A stretch of 64,000 nucleotides of DNA from Clostridiaceae bacterium (GCA_012839865.1 DUMO01000051.1:1-64000), one strand, 5' to 3'. Positions 8,219 through 21,152 are shown, counted from the first letter of the stretch. Numbers and translations: made by a program. The notes: generated from the letters alone by a model not told the origin.

Positions 8219-9972
8219 TGGATTAACACCTCATCAATTTGTTTCAGTTCGAAGAAATCCTTGCATTGATCCATATAAGTCCTGTAATAGTATCCTTGCA
8301 AGGCAATCAACGAATCGTGGGTACCCCGTTCAACAATCCTGCCCTGGTCAAGTACAATAATCTGATCGGCATTTTTAACTGAAGATATCCTGTGGGCAAT
8401 AATGATTGTCGTTTTATTTTTTTGAATCTTGTCAAGGGCTGTTTGAATCTCGTATTCGGTTTCCATGTCAACACTTGATGTACTATCGTCAAGGACCAGT
8501 ATTGGTGCATTTTTTAAAATTGCCCTTGCCAATGCGATCCTTTGTCTCTGTCCACCTGAAAGACCCATACCTCTTTCACCGATAATGGTGTTGTATCCCA
8601 GGGGCATGTTCATTATAAATTCATGAGCCTGGGCTGCCTTTGCAGCTTCCACTATCTTATCCATGCCGGCATCCGGCACCGCAAAAGATATGTTTGCTTC
8701 TATAGTATCCGAGAACAAAAATGTTTCCTGCATGACATAGCTGATTTGCTGCCGCAATTCTTTTAATTTGTATTTTTTTATGTCAATTCCGTCAATGGTG
8801 ATTTTTCCCTGGGTGCAGTCATAGAACCGGCCTAAAAGGTTAATAATGGTTGTTTTCCCGGAACCTGTGGCTCCGACTATGCCAAGGGTCTTGCCGGGTT
8901 CAAGATCAAGATTTATATTGTGTAAAACATAATTTTCATTGTATTTGAACGATACATTGTCGAAAACTATATGCCCCTGGAAATTTCCAGGAAAGACAGG
9001 GTTTTCGCTTTCTTTAAGAGAACTTCCGATGCTCATGAGTTCAAGGACTCTCTCGCCGGAAGAAATTGCATGGGCAACCGTGTTTATTATTGAACCGTAT
9101 GACCGCATCGGGCTTGTTATCATCCAAATATATCCTGTAAACGCAACAAGGGTACCAAGGGATATTTTATTTGCCACAACCATATAGCCGCCGGCCCATA
9201 AAAACAGTACGGAACCCAGCCCGCTGATAAAGTCCATTACCGGGTAATAATCAGCCCATGTGGAACTGGCTTTTAAATGCTTCTCAAGATGCTTTCTGTT
9301 TTCTGCCTTAAAAGTTTCTTTTTCATAATCTTCCTTTGCAAATGCCTTGACAACCCTGACACCCGCTATGTTCTCCTGGGCCCGGGTGTTTAAAACAGCA
9401 TTTTGCTCTCTGATGTCATTATATATTGGCCGGATAATTTTATTGAAACGCCATCCCACATATGCAAGAAAAGGTGCAGTAATTAAAACCAGAGAAGCCA
9501 TCATTGCGTTCATTGTAAATAAAATCACCGAAGAGGCGACAAAGTACACCAGGTTTTCAATTATTACTACAATTCCGCTGCAAATAAAACTTCTTACACC
9601 GTCAAGATCCGAAGTCAATCTCGACATTATTTCCCCAATACGTGTTTTGTCGTAATACTCATAGGGCATTTCCTGCAAATTCCCGTATATTTTTTTTCGA
9701 AGGTCAAACACAACATCCTGGGAAGTCTTTTCAAACATGTAGTGCCGGAAGAAGACCGATACTGAAATTATGGCTTCCAAACCAAATATAAGGGCAAGGA
9801 TGGTTGTTAACAGTTCTCTGTTGCCTTTTTCGATTACATCATCAATTAGTATTTTTGTAAGATAAGGGGAAATCAGCCTTAAAGTCAATACAATAATTAA
9901 GAGGCCTGTTGCTATGACAGTCCTCTTCCTGTAAGGTCTTAATAAACCAATTATTCTTTTGAAAATTTCCAA
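8215..9972 (-). CDS. Type IV ABC exporter half-transporter (TMD-NBD), subunit 1
   Basis: GATGSGKT, LSGGQRQR, ILVLDD, IAHR; 4-bp overlap with subunit 2; TTG start chosen after GGGGG RBS (track starts at 10035). Confidence 0.93.
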   Translation of the reverse strand: MEIFKRIIGLLRPYRKRTVIATGLLIIVLTLRLISPYLTKILIDDVIEKGNRELLTTILALIFGLEAIISVSVFFRHYMFEKTSQDVVFDLRKKIYGNLQEMPYEYYDKTRIGEIMSRLTSDLDGVRSFICSGIVVIIENLVYFVASSVILFTMNAMMASLVLITAPFLAYVGWRFNKIIRPIYNDIREQNAVLNTRAQENIAGVRVVKAFAKEDYEKETFKAENRKHLEKHLKASSTWADYYPVMDFISGLGSVLFLWAGGYMVVANKISLGTLVAFTGYIWMITSPMRSYGSIINTVAHAISSGERVLELMSIGSSLKESENPVFPGNFQGHIVFDNVSFKYNENYVLHNINLDLEPGKTLGIVGATGSGKTTIINLLGRFYDCTQGKITIDGIDIKKYKLKELRQQISYVMQETFLFSDTIEANISFAVPDAGMDKIVEAAKAAQAHEFIMNMPLGYNTIIGERGMGLSGGQRQRIALARAILKNAPILVLDDSTSSVDMETEYEIQTALDKIQKNKTTIIIAHRISSVKNADQIIVLDQGRIVERGTHDSLIALQGYYYRTYMDQCKDFFELKQIDEVLIQ

Positions 9973-10208
9973 AAAACGACCCCCGTCGCAATGTATATTC
10001 CTGTTAATAATATTTTTCTTTTTCAAAAAGGTCAATGTTTATATAAACTCAAATTCCAAGATATTCTCATGGTTTTTATTGCTTTTTTAAATCTTGTGCC
10101 TTTATATGCAATTTAATCCTGATTGGTTTTAAATCCTTTCAAAAACTCCCGTTAACGTAAAGGAGTTTACATATTGCCGGCGAATATACTGTATATATGA
10201 TTTAAAGG

Positions 10209-10748
10209 TTGGGGATTTTATTGGATATATCACTGGAAAACGAAGCCATCCGGATTTTTAGTCTTAAAGAAAGCCACTTAAGCATTTTGCTAAGGTTATA
10301 TAATAAATTTGAGGAGTTCAAGTTTGCAACCGGCTTTGTCGAGAAGGTTGATTTTAAAGATATTTGCAGAATATATGCTGAAGCAGTAAATGACAAACAT
10401 TCTTTTTTTGCAGGTATCTGCCCAAAAGACGGCAGCAGAATAATAGGTTTGATAAAAGGCGCTGTCAGGGGAGCGGTAAAAAAAGTTTTGTGGATTAATA
10501 CACTTCTTGTCGATACGGATTTTCAGAACAAGGGATATGGCACAATGTCTCTGAATCTCATACTTGAATACTTCTATAATGCTTTTGGAATACAGGATAT
10601 TTTTGTTTCAGTAATAAAAAGCAACGCCAAAGGCCTGAATTTCTGGGTCAACAAAGGCTTTAAGGAAATAAAGGGGTTAAGAATCATTAAAAATTTCGAT
10701 AACCTATGTCACAATGTACTGATCATGCATAAAATATATTATCCATAA
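10209..10748 (+). CDS. GNAT family N-acetyltransferase
   Basis: LLVDTDFQNKGYG acetyl-CoA motif; N..GLNFW.NKGF. Confidence 0.85.
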   Translation: MGILLDISLENEAIRIFSLKESHLSILLRLYNKFEEFKFATGFVEKVDFKDICRIYAEAVNDKHSFFAGICPKDGSRIIGLIKGAVRGAVKKVLWINTLLVDTDFQNKGYGTMSLNLILEYFYNAFGIQDIFVSVIKSNAKGLNFWVNKGFKEIKGLRIIKNFDNLCHNVLIMHKIYYP

Positions 10749-10837
10749 AATCCTGGAGCTGATTTTTCCTTCTAAACCGCAAAAATCTCTGAATATCAAC
10801 TCTTTTGAACAGCTACATAGATTGTTAAGGAAATTAT

Positions 10838-10867
10838 TTGACAAGTTTATTGCAAATTATGTATAAT
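10838..10867 (+). promoter_or_regulatory. Sigma-A promoter of the NlpC/P60 gene
   Basis: TTGACA-18 bp-TATAAT. Confidence 0.65.
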
Positions 10868-11014
10868 CTATCTATGGCAAACTCTAGTAGTACTTAATAT
10901 TATTCAACCAAAAACCAGCCAGGGAAAGCCGTTTTGAAGGTTGATCCCCAGCCTGATGAATTTTGTTGATGTTGACTTTTTTATTGTTCAAACTACAACG
11001 GAGGACGGTAGCCT

Positions 11015-11887
11015 ATGTCTGACATGAAAAAAATTTGTTTTGCCTTTCTTGTAATTTGCGTTTCAATATTTGCTTTCAGCAGTATGGCGTTTGCAGATCA
11101 GAATCAAGTCGGAATAGTCACGGCGGATGTGCTGAATTTCAGGGAATCTCCAAGCCTGGACGCCAAAATACTTATGCAATTGCTGGAAGGCACCGAAGTA
11201 CAGGTTACCGGTTACAAAGATGGCTGGTACAATATAGTATACGAAGATGTTGCAGGCTGGGTTTTTGGAGAGTACCTCGATGTTGTCGATGAACCTTATA
11301 TGATTGGAGTAATGATCGCCTCCGATGTGAATGTAAGAAGCGGTCCTTCAACGGACCATTATGTCGTAGGAAGTCTCGACAAAGGTGATGAAATAAAAAT
11401 TACAGGCAGGTCAGGCAACTGGTACAGCATAAAATATGAAGACGGTCTGGATGCCTGGGTATTCGGGGATTATGTCAGAGTTGTTGATTCCGGTTCATCA
11501 AGGGGTAATGATTTGGCTACCAGAATTATAAAATATGCGAAAAATTTGCTGGGCATCAAATATGTCTATGGCGGGAACTCGCCTTCGGAAGGACTTGACT
11601 GCTCAGGCTTCGTCAAGTATGTATTCAACCATTTCGGAATTGATATTTACAGGGTGGCGGCAGACCAGGCCACCCAGGGAGAATATGTTGACCGTTCCGA
11701 ATTAAAGCCGGGTGACCTGGTGTTCTTTGATACCAACGGAGGACACGATTATATAAACCATGTTGGGATTTATGTCGGCGGCAATGAATTCATTCATGCT
11801 TCTTCCGGAAAAGGTTCGATAGTAATCAGTGAGCTGTCCGGGTTTTACAGCGAAAATTATATGAAAGCAAAAAGGTTTTTCAGATAA
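11015..11887 (+). CDS. Secreted SH3b-SH3b-NlpC/P60 (C40) peptidoglycan endopeptidase
   Basis: Signal peptide; two SH3b repeats (LNFRESPS, VNVRSGPS); DCSG, HVGIY, HAS catalytic motifs. Confidence 0.93.
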   Translation: MSDMKKICFAFLVICVSIFAFSSMAFADQNQVGIVTADVLNFRESPSLDAKILMQLLEGTEVQVTGYKDGWYNIVYEDVAGWVFGEYLDVVDEPYMIGVMIASDVNVRSGPSTDHYVVGSLDKGDEIKITGRSGNWYSIKYEDGLDAWVFGDYVRVVDSGSSRGNDLATRIIKYAKNLLGIKYVYGGNSPSEGLDCSGFVKYVFNHFGIDIYRVAADQATQGEYVDRSELKPGDLVFFDTNGGHDYINHVGIYVGGNEFIHASSGKGSIVISELSGFYSENYMKAKRFFR

Positions 11888-12006
11888 ATAAACCCTGGAA
11901 AGTCCCGCCGGTATTTTCATGCACCGGGATAAGTTCCGCAGGTACCGGGAGCGTATATAAAGCACACTTTATCGTCAATTAAAAAGATTTAGAAGGCAAT
12001 TGTAAT

Positions 12007-14334
12007 TTGATGAAAAGACCTTTGTTTTTCTTCGTTTTGTTTTATATCTCAGGCATATTGCTTACTGCAAGCTTTGGCTTTCTGACTTCCGTTTTATTCA
12101 TCTCCGCCGCTTTGATTTTTGCACTTATATTTTTCTTCAGGAAAACTTCTGTCTGGATTCTTTTTTTATCTTTTATTTTTTTTACAGCCGGTTCAATTAA
12201 TTATGCCTATTCTACAGAACAGCTTAAATCATTTTATAACTTTACCCTGGAAGAAGCTGAATTTACGGGGGTTGTTGTTTCTGAGCCGGAAAAAAACGAA
12301 AGAACCACCAACTATGTTGTTGAAGTACTTAAAATTCAAACCAGGGATAAGATTTTTAAAATTAATAAGAAAATTCTTTTAACAGTTTACCTTCCCGGAA
12401 ATAAAACATACCCTTACGGTCAATATATAAATTTTACCTGCAAACCAGGCATTCCGGAAGGGCAAAGAAACCCGGGAGGATTCAACTATAGAAACTATCT
12501 TGCCCAGAAGAAAATATATGCTACAGCATTTGTTCGTGTTGAGGATATAAAAACAATTGACAAGACAAGGAAAAACTTTATTTATGCGGCTTCAATTGCT
12601 GTCAGGAACCGGATAATTGAATCGGTAAACAAATATATTCCCAAACAGAAAGCTGCATTGCTGACCGGTATGATTACAGGATACAGGGAGAACTTGAGCG
12701 ATGTGATAACCAACATGTTTTCTGAAACAGGTCTTATACATATTTTATCGGTTTCAGGACTGCATGTCGGTTTTATAATCCTGCCCTTAATGTTTATAGC
12801 AAAAAAACTAAGAATAAATCGTAAATTTTCTAATTCGCTGACAATTTTGCTGCTTTTGTTCTATTGTTTCATTACAGGTTTTACAGCATCTGTCGTTAGG
12901 GCTGTTATAATGGCGGCTACGGTTTTGTTCGGTAAAATAATCAACAGGGAAGCAGACGTACTTACCGGTATATCCTTTGCAGCTTTCGTCATATTGCTTT
13001 ACAACCCGTACAGCATTTATAATGTAGGCTTTCAGCTTTCCTTTGCAGCTACTTTGTCAATAGTGATATTTTTTCAAAAATTCAAGACAGCCCTGGGCAA
13101 GCTCAAATTTCCCGGCTATTTAACCGATGTTGTGTCAGTTACATCAGCGGCTCAATTAGGTATCCTGCCACTGGGGGTATATTACTTTAATACTGTTTCC
13201 TTAATATCGATAATCGCAAATATAATTGTATTGCCCTTTGTTCAGATAGCGCTGATTATTGGAATAATACTGATTATTTTAGATCAGATTAATGTATTTG
13301 CAGCCGGAATTGCTGCACAAATAGCCAATTTTTTTATCTCATTGATTTTGTATTCAACAGAAATTCTCTCAAATTTGAATTTTTCGTCTGTAAAAATAAT
13401 TACGCCCCCGGCAGCGCTGATAATTTTATATTATTTGATATTACTTTACTTAAGATACAGCAATAAGACTTTCAAGTATTTGAAGCCCACCGGACTGGTT
13501 TTCTTCCTGATATATGCTGTTTTGCTTTTCAGGCTGATTTGTCCTCCAAAACTTGAAGTGGTTTTTTTGGATGTGGGGGAGGGTGATTCAATTTTTATTA
13601 AAACAGCTTCCGGTAAAAACATACTGATAGACGGAGGCGGAGAAGAAGGAAAAAGGGTTGTACCGGATTTTCTTTTGGATTATGGCGTATGGAAGCTGGA
13701 TTTGGTTATTTCCACCCATTCCCATGCAGACCATGCAACGGGGCTCGTGCCTGTGCTTGAAAATTTCCGGGTCAGGCACCTTCTTTTGCCCGGAGGTGAA
13801 AACATGGACAATTTCAACACGCTCCTTTCCTGTATTGATGAAGACCGTACAACTGTATTTCGCTGCTTCAAAGGCAGTAAAATATACCTGGATGATAAAA
13901 CCATGATAACATTCCTGAATCCGGACAAGAACCTGGCTTATTCAGATTCATCTTTAAACAATGGCTCTATAGTGTTAAAATTTGAATATATGGATACTTC
14001 CATTTTATTTTGTGCAGATATCGAAAAAGAAGTGGAAGCTTTGCTTGCAAAAAATGGAGAATTCCTTGAAAGCGACATAATTAAGATAGCCCATCATGGC
14101 GCAGGCACTTCCTCAACAGAACTGTTCCTCGACAGCGTTAACCCAAAGGCAGGTATAATCAGTGTAGGGAAAAACAACTATGGGCATCCATCCATAACCA
14201 CTTTGGACAGGTTGACGGAAAGAGGAATAGTATGTCTTAGAACTGACCGGGACGGTGCCGTGATTTTAAAATCAGACGGAAAGACTATTAAAATAAACAA
14301 AATTTGTACAGGTGATTTGAAAAATGAGTATTGA
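12007..14334 (+). CDS. comEC: ComEC/Rec2 DNA uptake channel
   Basis: HILSVSGLH competence motif, multi-TM, C-terminal MBL domain (THSHADH, KIAHHG, NNYGHPS). Confidence 0.95.
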   Translation: MMKRPLFFFVLFYISGILLTASFGFLTSVLFISAALIFALIFFFRKTSVWILFLSFIFFTAGSINYAYSTEQLKSFYNFTLEEAEFTGVVVSEPEKNERTTNYVVEVLKIQTRDKIFKINKKILLTVYLPGNKTYPYGQYINFTCKPGIPEGQRNPGGFNYRNYLAQKKIYATAFVRVEDIKTIDKTRKNFIYAASIAVRNRIIESVNKYIPKQKAALLTGMITGYRENLSDVITNMFSETGLIHILSVSGLHVGFIILPLMFIAKKLRINRKFSNSLTILLLLFYCFITGFTASVVRAVIMAATVLFGKIINREADVLTGISFAAFVILLYNPYSIYNVGFQLSFAATLSIVIFFQKFKTALGKLKFPGYLTDVVSVTSAAQLGILPLGVYYFNTVSLISIIANIIVLPFVQIALIIGIILIILDQINVFAAGIAAQIANFFISLILYSTEILSNLNFSSVKIITPPAALIILYYLILLYLRYSNKTFKYLKPTGLVFFLIYAVLLFRLICPPKLEVVFLDVGEGDSIFIKTASGKNILIDGGGEEGKRVVPDFLLDYGVWKLDLVISTHSHADHATGLVPVLENFRVRHLLLPGGENMDNFNTLLSCIDEDRTTVFRCFKGSKIYLDDKTMITFLNPDKNLAYSDSSLNNGSIVLKFEYMDTSILFCADIEKEVEALLAKNGEFLESDIIKIAHHGAGTSSTELFLDSVNPKAGIISVGKNNYGHPSITTLDRLTERGIVCLRTDRDGAVILKSDGKTIKINKICTGDLKNEY

Positions 14335-15319
14335 GATTTTTAAGGAGCATCTGTCAGGGAACAAATTTGACAGCCTTTACCTTTTCTATGGACCGGAGGA
14401 GTTTCTTAAAAAGAAATATCTTGACAATATGGTGGATCTGAGCATAGAAAAAGGAACCGAAGCTCTTAATAAAATAGTTTTCAAAGGGGAAATCGATACC
14501 GGTAAGCTGATTGAAGCATGCAGGACAATGCCCTTTTTTTCAGAGAGGAAAATGGTTATAGTAAAAAACTCAGGCTTCTTCAAAAATAAGTCAGGCAATT
14601 ATGAAGACCTGATATCTTTTTTCAGTGTCATACCCAGTCATACCATTTTGGTTTTTGTTGAAGATGAAATTGATGCACGTCTGAAAATAACAAAAGCGAT
14701 AAAGGAAAAAGGGCTTATGGTGGAGTTGGAATACCAAAAGGCCGATGAACTGGCTAAATGGGTTATGAAGGGTTTCAAAACCTTTAATAAAGAAATAGAT
14801 TATAAAACCGCATCCTTGCTGGTGGAATATTGTGAACCGGGAATGACCGGTATTTATAACGAAATTGAAAAAATTACAGCTTATATGGGAGAAGAAAAAA
14901 AGGTACAGGCCAGGCACATTGAAGATGTTGTAACAAAATCAATAAAGGCTATAATATTTGATCTTCTGGATGCAATTTTTGAAAAGAAAAGTGAGAAAGC
15001 CATGGTTCTGTTCAGGGATATGCTGAATCTGAGGGAACCTGTTCCCCGTATATTGGTTATGGTTGCATGGCAGCTTCGTATGGTACTGGAACTGAAAGCC
15101 TGCCAGCAAAAGGGGATACCATTGCCAAAAGCAGCAGCCAGGCTTAAAATTGCTCCCTTTGTTCTAAAAAAGCTTACCCGGCAGATAGAGAATTACGATA
15201 TAGATACTTTAAAAAAGGCAATGGAAGACTGCCATAAGCTGGACCTCGGAATCAAAACCGGACAAATCGATCCGCAAACGGGTATGGAGATGCTGATACT
15301 AAAATATGCAGCTTCCTGA
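14324..15319 (+). CDS. holA: DNA polymerase III delta subunit
   Basis: YLFYGPEEFL, TMPFFSERKMVIV, IFDLLDAI; canonical position after comEC. Confidence 0.93.
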   Translation: MSIEIFKEHLSGNKFDSLYLFYGPEEFLKKKYLDNMVDLSIEKGTEALNKIVFKGEIDTGKLIEACRTMPFFSERKMVIVKNSGFFKNKSGNYEDLISFFSVIPSHTILVFVEDEIDARLKITKAIKEKGLMVELEYQKADELAKWVMKGFKTFNKEIDYKTASLLVEYCEPGMTGIYNEIEKITAYMGEEKKVQARHIEDVVTKSIKAIIFDLLDAIFEKKSEKAMVLFRDMLNLREPVPRILVMVAWQLRMVLELKACQQKGIPLPKAAARLKIAPFVLKKLTRQIENYDIDTLKKAMEDCHKLDLGIKTGQIDPQTGMEMLILKYAAS

Positions 15320-15404
15320 TGGGGCAAGTGAAATGAATACCGCCAGGCATTTCAAATTTTGCATTGTGTTTCTTGCGCAAAATTGAAATATAGTCTTAAA
15401 AAAT

Positions 15405-15436
15405 AAAAAAACGTACCATCTGATGTACGTTTTTTA
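15405..15436. terminator. Bidirectional terminator between holA and rpsT
   Basis: A-run-CGTAC...GTACG-T-run hairpin. Confidence 0.75.
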
Positions 15437-15472
15437 TTTGGAAGACTGTATTGAAAGCCGCGTAAAATCAAG

Positions 15473-15763
15473 CTATTCTGCAGCTTTGGCAGCATTTAAC
15501 ATCCTGGCCAATTGCGATTTTTTTCTCGCAGCGGTGTTCTTATGGATGATACCTTTAGCTGCGGCTTTATCTATTAATTTTACAGCATTAACATACTTTG
15601 AATCCATCGCTTCGTCTTTATTCTGAATAGCTTCCTTTGATTTCTTAACTGCAGTTCTTAAAGTAGATTTATTCATGCTGTTAATCAAGGTTCTCTTTTT
15701 GGTTTTTGTAGTCCACTTTAAAATTTTTGCAATTTTGTATGCTGATTTATTAGTAGATGCCAA
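15473..15763 (-). CDS. rpsT: 30S ribosomal protein S20 with atypical N-terminus
   Basis: IDKAAAKGIIHKNTAARKKSQL; TTG start after GGAGGTGA RBS; holA-rpsT-gpr synteny. Confidence 0.93.
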   Translation of the reverse strand: MASTNKSAYKIAKILKWTTKTKKRTLINSMNKSTLRTAVKKSKEAIQNKDEAMDSKYVNAVKLIDKAAAKGIIHKNTAARKKSQLARMLNAAKAAE

Positions 15764-15998
15764 ATTTTTCACCTCCTGCGAGTAAATTAACCTTACACAT
15801 TTTATCATGAAAGTTTTCGCAATGCAAGGAGAACATAACACAAAGTTTTTGCAGCGATAATGTTTTTTACTTCTCTGTCTCAATTTTAGAAACAATCAGC
15901 CCTGATGCAGCTATTTACATCAGACTGCACAAATATTTTTTCTGCACAATGGGAAAATATTTAATAATAAATAAGTATTTTGGAAGGACTGATGCAGA

Positions 15999-17000
15999 TT
16001 GTACAATGGAAGAAGTGTAGTAACCGACCTTGCGGTGGAAGCAAGAGAAATTTTTCAAGAGCTTAAGAAAGAAGTAATGCAGGAGATGAGGGAACCTCCC
16101 GGAGTGGAGGTTGAAAATGCAGGTACAGATGAAATCAAAATAACACGGGTAAGGGTTGTTTCGCCTGAAGGAGAACAGTCAATAGGCAAGCCCATGGGAA
16201 ATTATATTACTCTTGAAATACAGGGACTTCGGGAGAATGACCAGCGAATATTTGAAGAAACATGCAAAACTTTAGGTCAGGAACTTGTTCCGATATTAAA
16301 ATTACATGAAAAATCCACAATTCTGGTCGTAGGGCTTGGAAACTGGAATGTTACAGCTGACGCCCTCGGACCCAAGGTTGTATCCAGCATTATGGTTACA
16401 CGGCATTTGACAGAGTATGTACCTGAACAAATAGATGAGGGAGTTAGACCGGTTTGTGCGATTGCCCCCGGGGTATTGGGTATAACCGGAATTGAAACCG
16501 GAGAGATAGTGAGAGGAATTGTTGACAGGATACGGCCAGACATCATTATAGCCATTGATGCGCTGGCTTCAAGGCGGATGGACAGAATCAACACCACCAT
16601 CCAGGTAGCTGATACAGGCATAACTCCCGGTTCTGGCGTAGGCAATAAAAGAATGGAACTATCACAAAAGACTTTAGGCTGCCCCGTTATAGCCATTGGT
16701 GTACCAACCGTTGTAGATGCCGCAACCATGGCAAATGACGCAATTGATCTTGTAATTGACAGTATGATAAAACAAGCCAACCAGGGCAGTGATTTTTACA
16801 ATATGCTGGCCAATCTGGACAGGGAAGACAAATACCGGCTTATCAGGGAAGTTATGAATCCTTATATCGGGAATCTTGTGGTAACTCCAAAAGAAATTGA
16901 CGAGCTGATTGACAGGACCTCCAAGGTTGTGGCAAACGGTTTGAATATTGCCCTGCATCAGGGTATAACCATGGAAGACGTGAACAGATATATCCACTAA
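15999..17000 (+). CDS. gpr: Spore germination protease GPR
   Basis: TDLAVEA, LVVGLGNWNVTADALGP, AIDALASR, GVPTVVDA, LVVTPKEID. Confidence 0.96.
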   Translation: MYNGRSVVTDLAVEAREIFQELKKEVMQEMREPPGVEVENAGTDEIKITRVRVVSPEGEQSIGKPMGNYITLEIQGLRENDQRIFEETCKTLGQELVPILKLHEKSTILVVGLGNWNVTADALGPKVVSSIMVTRHLTEYVPEQIDEGVRPVCAIAPGVLGITGIETGEIVRGIVDRIRPDIIIAIDALASRRMDRINTTIQVADTGITPGSGVGNKRMELSQKTLGCPVIAIGVPTVVDAATMANDAIDLVIDSMIKQANQGSDFYNMLANLDREDKYRLIREVMNPYIGNLVVTPKEIDELIDRTSKVVANGLNIALHQGITMEDVNRYIH

Positions 17001-17009
17001 ACTCATACA

Positions 17010-17038
17010 TTGACGTTCTTATGCAATAATTATATAAT
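17010..17038 (+). promoter_or_regulatory. Sigma-A promoter of ligA
   Basis: TTGACG-17 bp-TATAAT. Confidence 0.75.
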
Positions 17039-17049
17039 CACTCCTGTAG

Positions 17050-19119
<2,070 letters not shown>

Positions 19120-19362
19120 AGAAACGACATATATAATAGAAAAAGCTTTATGGTGCGGTGAAAGCTGCAAATCTGAAAATATAGGGAAAAGATGTATATG
19201 ATAGAAAAAGGGGCTTTACGCCCCTTTGCTTTTGCTCTGAATCAAATACCAATCCAACCGCACATCTATTCAGTGCAACTATTTAATTACATTGTTTATT
19301 GTTCAAAGATCCCAAAAGCTGTTGAAATTGAGCAATCAGCCCAATACAGCAATACACCCCGG

Positions 19363-21072
19363 TTATTTATTCTGAATCTTTGCCCATGTGTCCTTTAAAG
19401 TCACAATTCTGTTGAACACAGGTTTGCCCGGTATTGAGTCATAGTCTACGGAGAAATATCCCATTCTGAGAAATTGGAACTTTGTCTCAAGGGGAACATC
19501 CGCCAGACTCTGTTCAACCTTGCAGTCTGTCAGAACCTTCAGGGAATCAGGGTTTATATATTTCAGGTAATCATCACTGTCCGGATTTTCAACCGTGAAA
19601 AGGTTGTCATACAGTCTTATCTCCGCATTAACTGCATGAGGTGCAGAAACCCAGTGCAAAGTGCCCTGAACCCTGCGCCCGTCTTCTGTCCAGCCGCCCT
19701 TTGAAGCAGGGTCATAGGTGCAGTGAAGCTCAACTATTTCACCGGCGGAATTTTTAACTACACTGTTGCATGTAATATAATATGCATGTTTGAGTCTGAC
19801 TTCTCTTCCGGGAGCCAGCCTGAAAAACTTCTTTGGCGGGTCTTCCATGAAATCATCTCGTTCAATGTATATTTCACGGCTAAAAGGTATCTTCCTGGTG
19901 CCGGCATCGGGGTTTTCAGGGTTGTTTTCCGCATCAAACCATTCCACCTGGCCTTCCGGATAATTGTCAATAATGACCTTTACCGGATTTAGCACTGCCA
20001 TAACCCGGTTTGCTGTTTTGTTAAGCTCTTCACGTATGCAATGCTCTAAAAGTGCAATGTCAACTACACTGTAAGTTTTGGCCACACCGATTTTTTCGAT
20101 GAAAGCTTTTATTGAACCAGGTGTATATCCGCGCCTTCTCAACCCGCATAATGTTGGCATTCTGGGGTCGTCCCATCCTCTTACAAGGCCTTCCTTTACA
20201 AGAGTAATAAGTTTGCGTTTGCTCATAACCGTATAGTTTAAATTGAGTCTTGCAAATTCAATTTGACGCGGTTTGGAAGGTACGCTTACATTTTCCACAA
20301 ACCAGTTGTACAAAGGCCGGTGGTCTTCATATTCCAGAGAGCAAAGGGAATGGGTGATACCCTCGATGGCATCCGATAGGGGATGCTGGAAATCATACAT
20401 GGGATATATGCACCATTTATTTCCCGTTCTGTGATGACTGGTATGAAGAATCCTGTATATAACCGGGTCCCGCATGTTTATATTGGGAGAAGCCATGTCT
20501 ATCTTTGCCCGGAGAACTTTTTCACCTTCTTTGAATTCTCCGTTCTTCATCCTTTCAAAAAGCTCAAGATTCTCCTCAACACTCCTGTCTCTGTAAGGAC
20601 TGTTTTTGCCGGGCTCCGTAAGTGTTCCGCGATACTCTCTGATTTCGTCGGGGCTTAAATCGCATACATATGCTTTTCCTGCTTTTATCAGCTCAACTGC
20701 ATATTCATAGAGTCTTTCAAAATAATCGGAGGCATAGAAAAGCCTGTCTTCCCAGTCATATCCCAGCCAATGGATATCTTCCTTTATTGATTCAACATAT
20801 TCCACGTCTTCCTTTACCGGGTTTGTGTCATCAAACCTCAGGTTGCATAAACCGTTGTATTTTTCCGCTATTCCAAAATCAATGCATATGGCTTTTGCAT
20901 GCCCTATATGAAGATAACCGTTGGGTTCGGGAGGAAATCTTGTATGAACTCTGCCGTCGTTTTTGCCTTGTCTTAAATCCTCATTAATAATTTCCTCGAT
21001 AAAGTTTGTGCTTTCTGGCATTGCGCCTGCATCATCAGGATTATTGACACTTATTTCATTAATATTATCCAT
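19363..21072 (-). CDS. glnS: Glutamine--tRNA ligase
   Basis: [38 protein letters not shown]. Confidence 0.96.
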   Translation of the reverse strand: MDNINEISVNNPDDAGAMPESTNFIEEIINEDLRQGKNDGRVHTRFPPEPNGYLHIGHAKAICIDFGIAEKYNGLCNLRFDDTNPVKEDVEYVESIKEDIHWLGYDWEDRLFYASDYFERLYEYAVELIKAGKAYVCDLSPDEIREYRGTLTEPGKNSPYRDRSVEENLELFERMKNGEFKEGEKVLRAKIDMASPNINMRDPVIYRILHTSHHRTGNKWCIYPMYDFQHPLSDAIEGITHSLCSLEYEDHRPLYNWFVENVSVPSKPRQIEFARLNLNYTVMSKRKLITLVKEGLVRGWDDPRMPTLCGLRRRGYTPGSIKAFIEKIGVAKTYSVVDIALLEHCIREELNKTANRVMAVLNPVKVIIDNYPEGQVEWFDAENNPENPDAGTRKIPFSREIYIERDDFMEDPPKKFFRLAPGREVRLKHAYYITCNSVVKNSAGEIVELHCTYDPASKGGWTEDGRRVQGTLHWVSAPHAVNAEIRLYDNLFTVENPDSDDYLKYINPDSLKVLTDCKVEQSLADVPLETKFQFLRMGYFSVDYDSIPGKPVFNRIVTLKDTWAKIQNK

Positions 21073-21152
21073 AAAACTCCTCCATATTGTTCAGAATCAT
21101 GCATGAAACCTTTATTAAACGTCTGTAACCATTCTTTCCTTTGCTTATTGTT

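Noticed and set aside
10920..10965. Hammerhead ribozyme (GAAA...CTGATGA)
   Set aside because: The cleavage-site base would be G, and stems I and II cannot form
10874..11010. c-di-GMP-I or c-di-AMP riboswitch
   Set aside because: GGCAAAC is present but the GACGCAAA and P2 elements, and the ydaO GCTGAAT/GGGGAACC motifs, are missing
16277..16780. Long antisense ORFs inside gpr, ligA, recA, smc and other genes
   Set aside because: Antisense shadows of well-supported genes, with no RBS or motifs
19192..19398. 68-aa ORF between ligA and glnS
   Set aside because: Overlaps a terminator-like hairpin and the glnS 3' end; no recognisable motif
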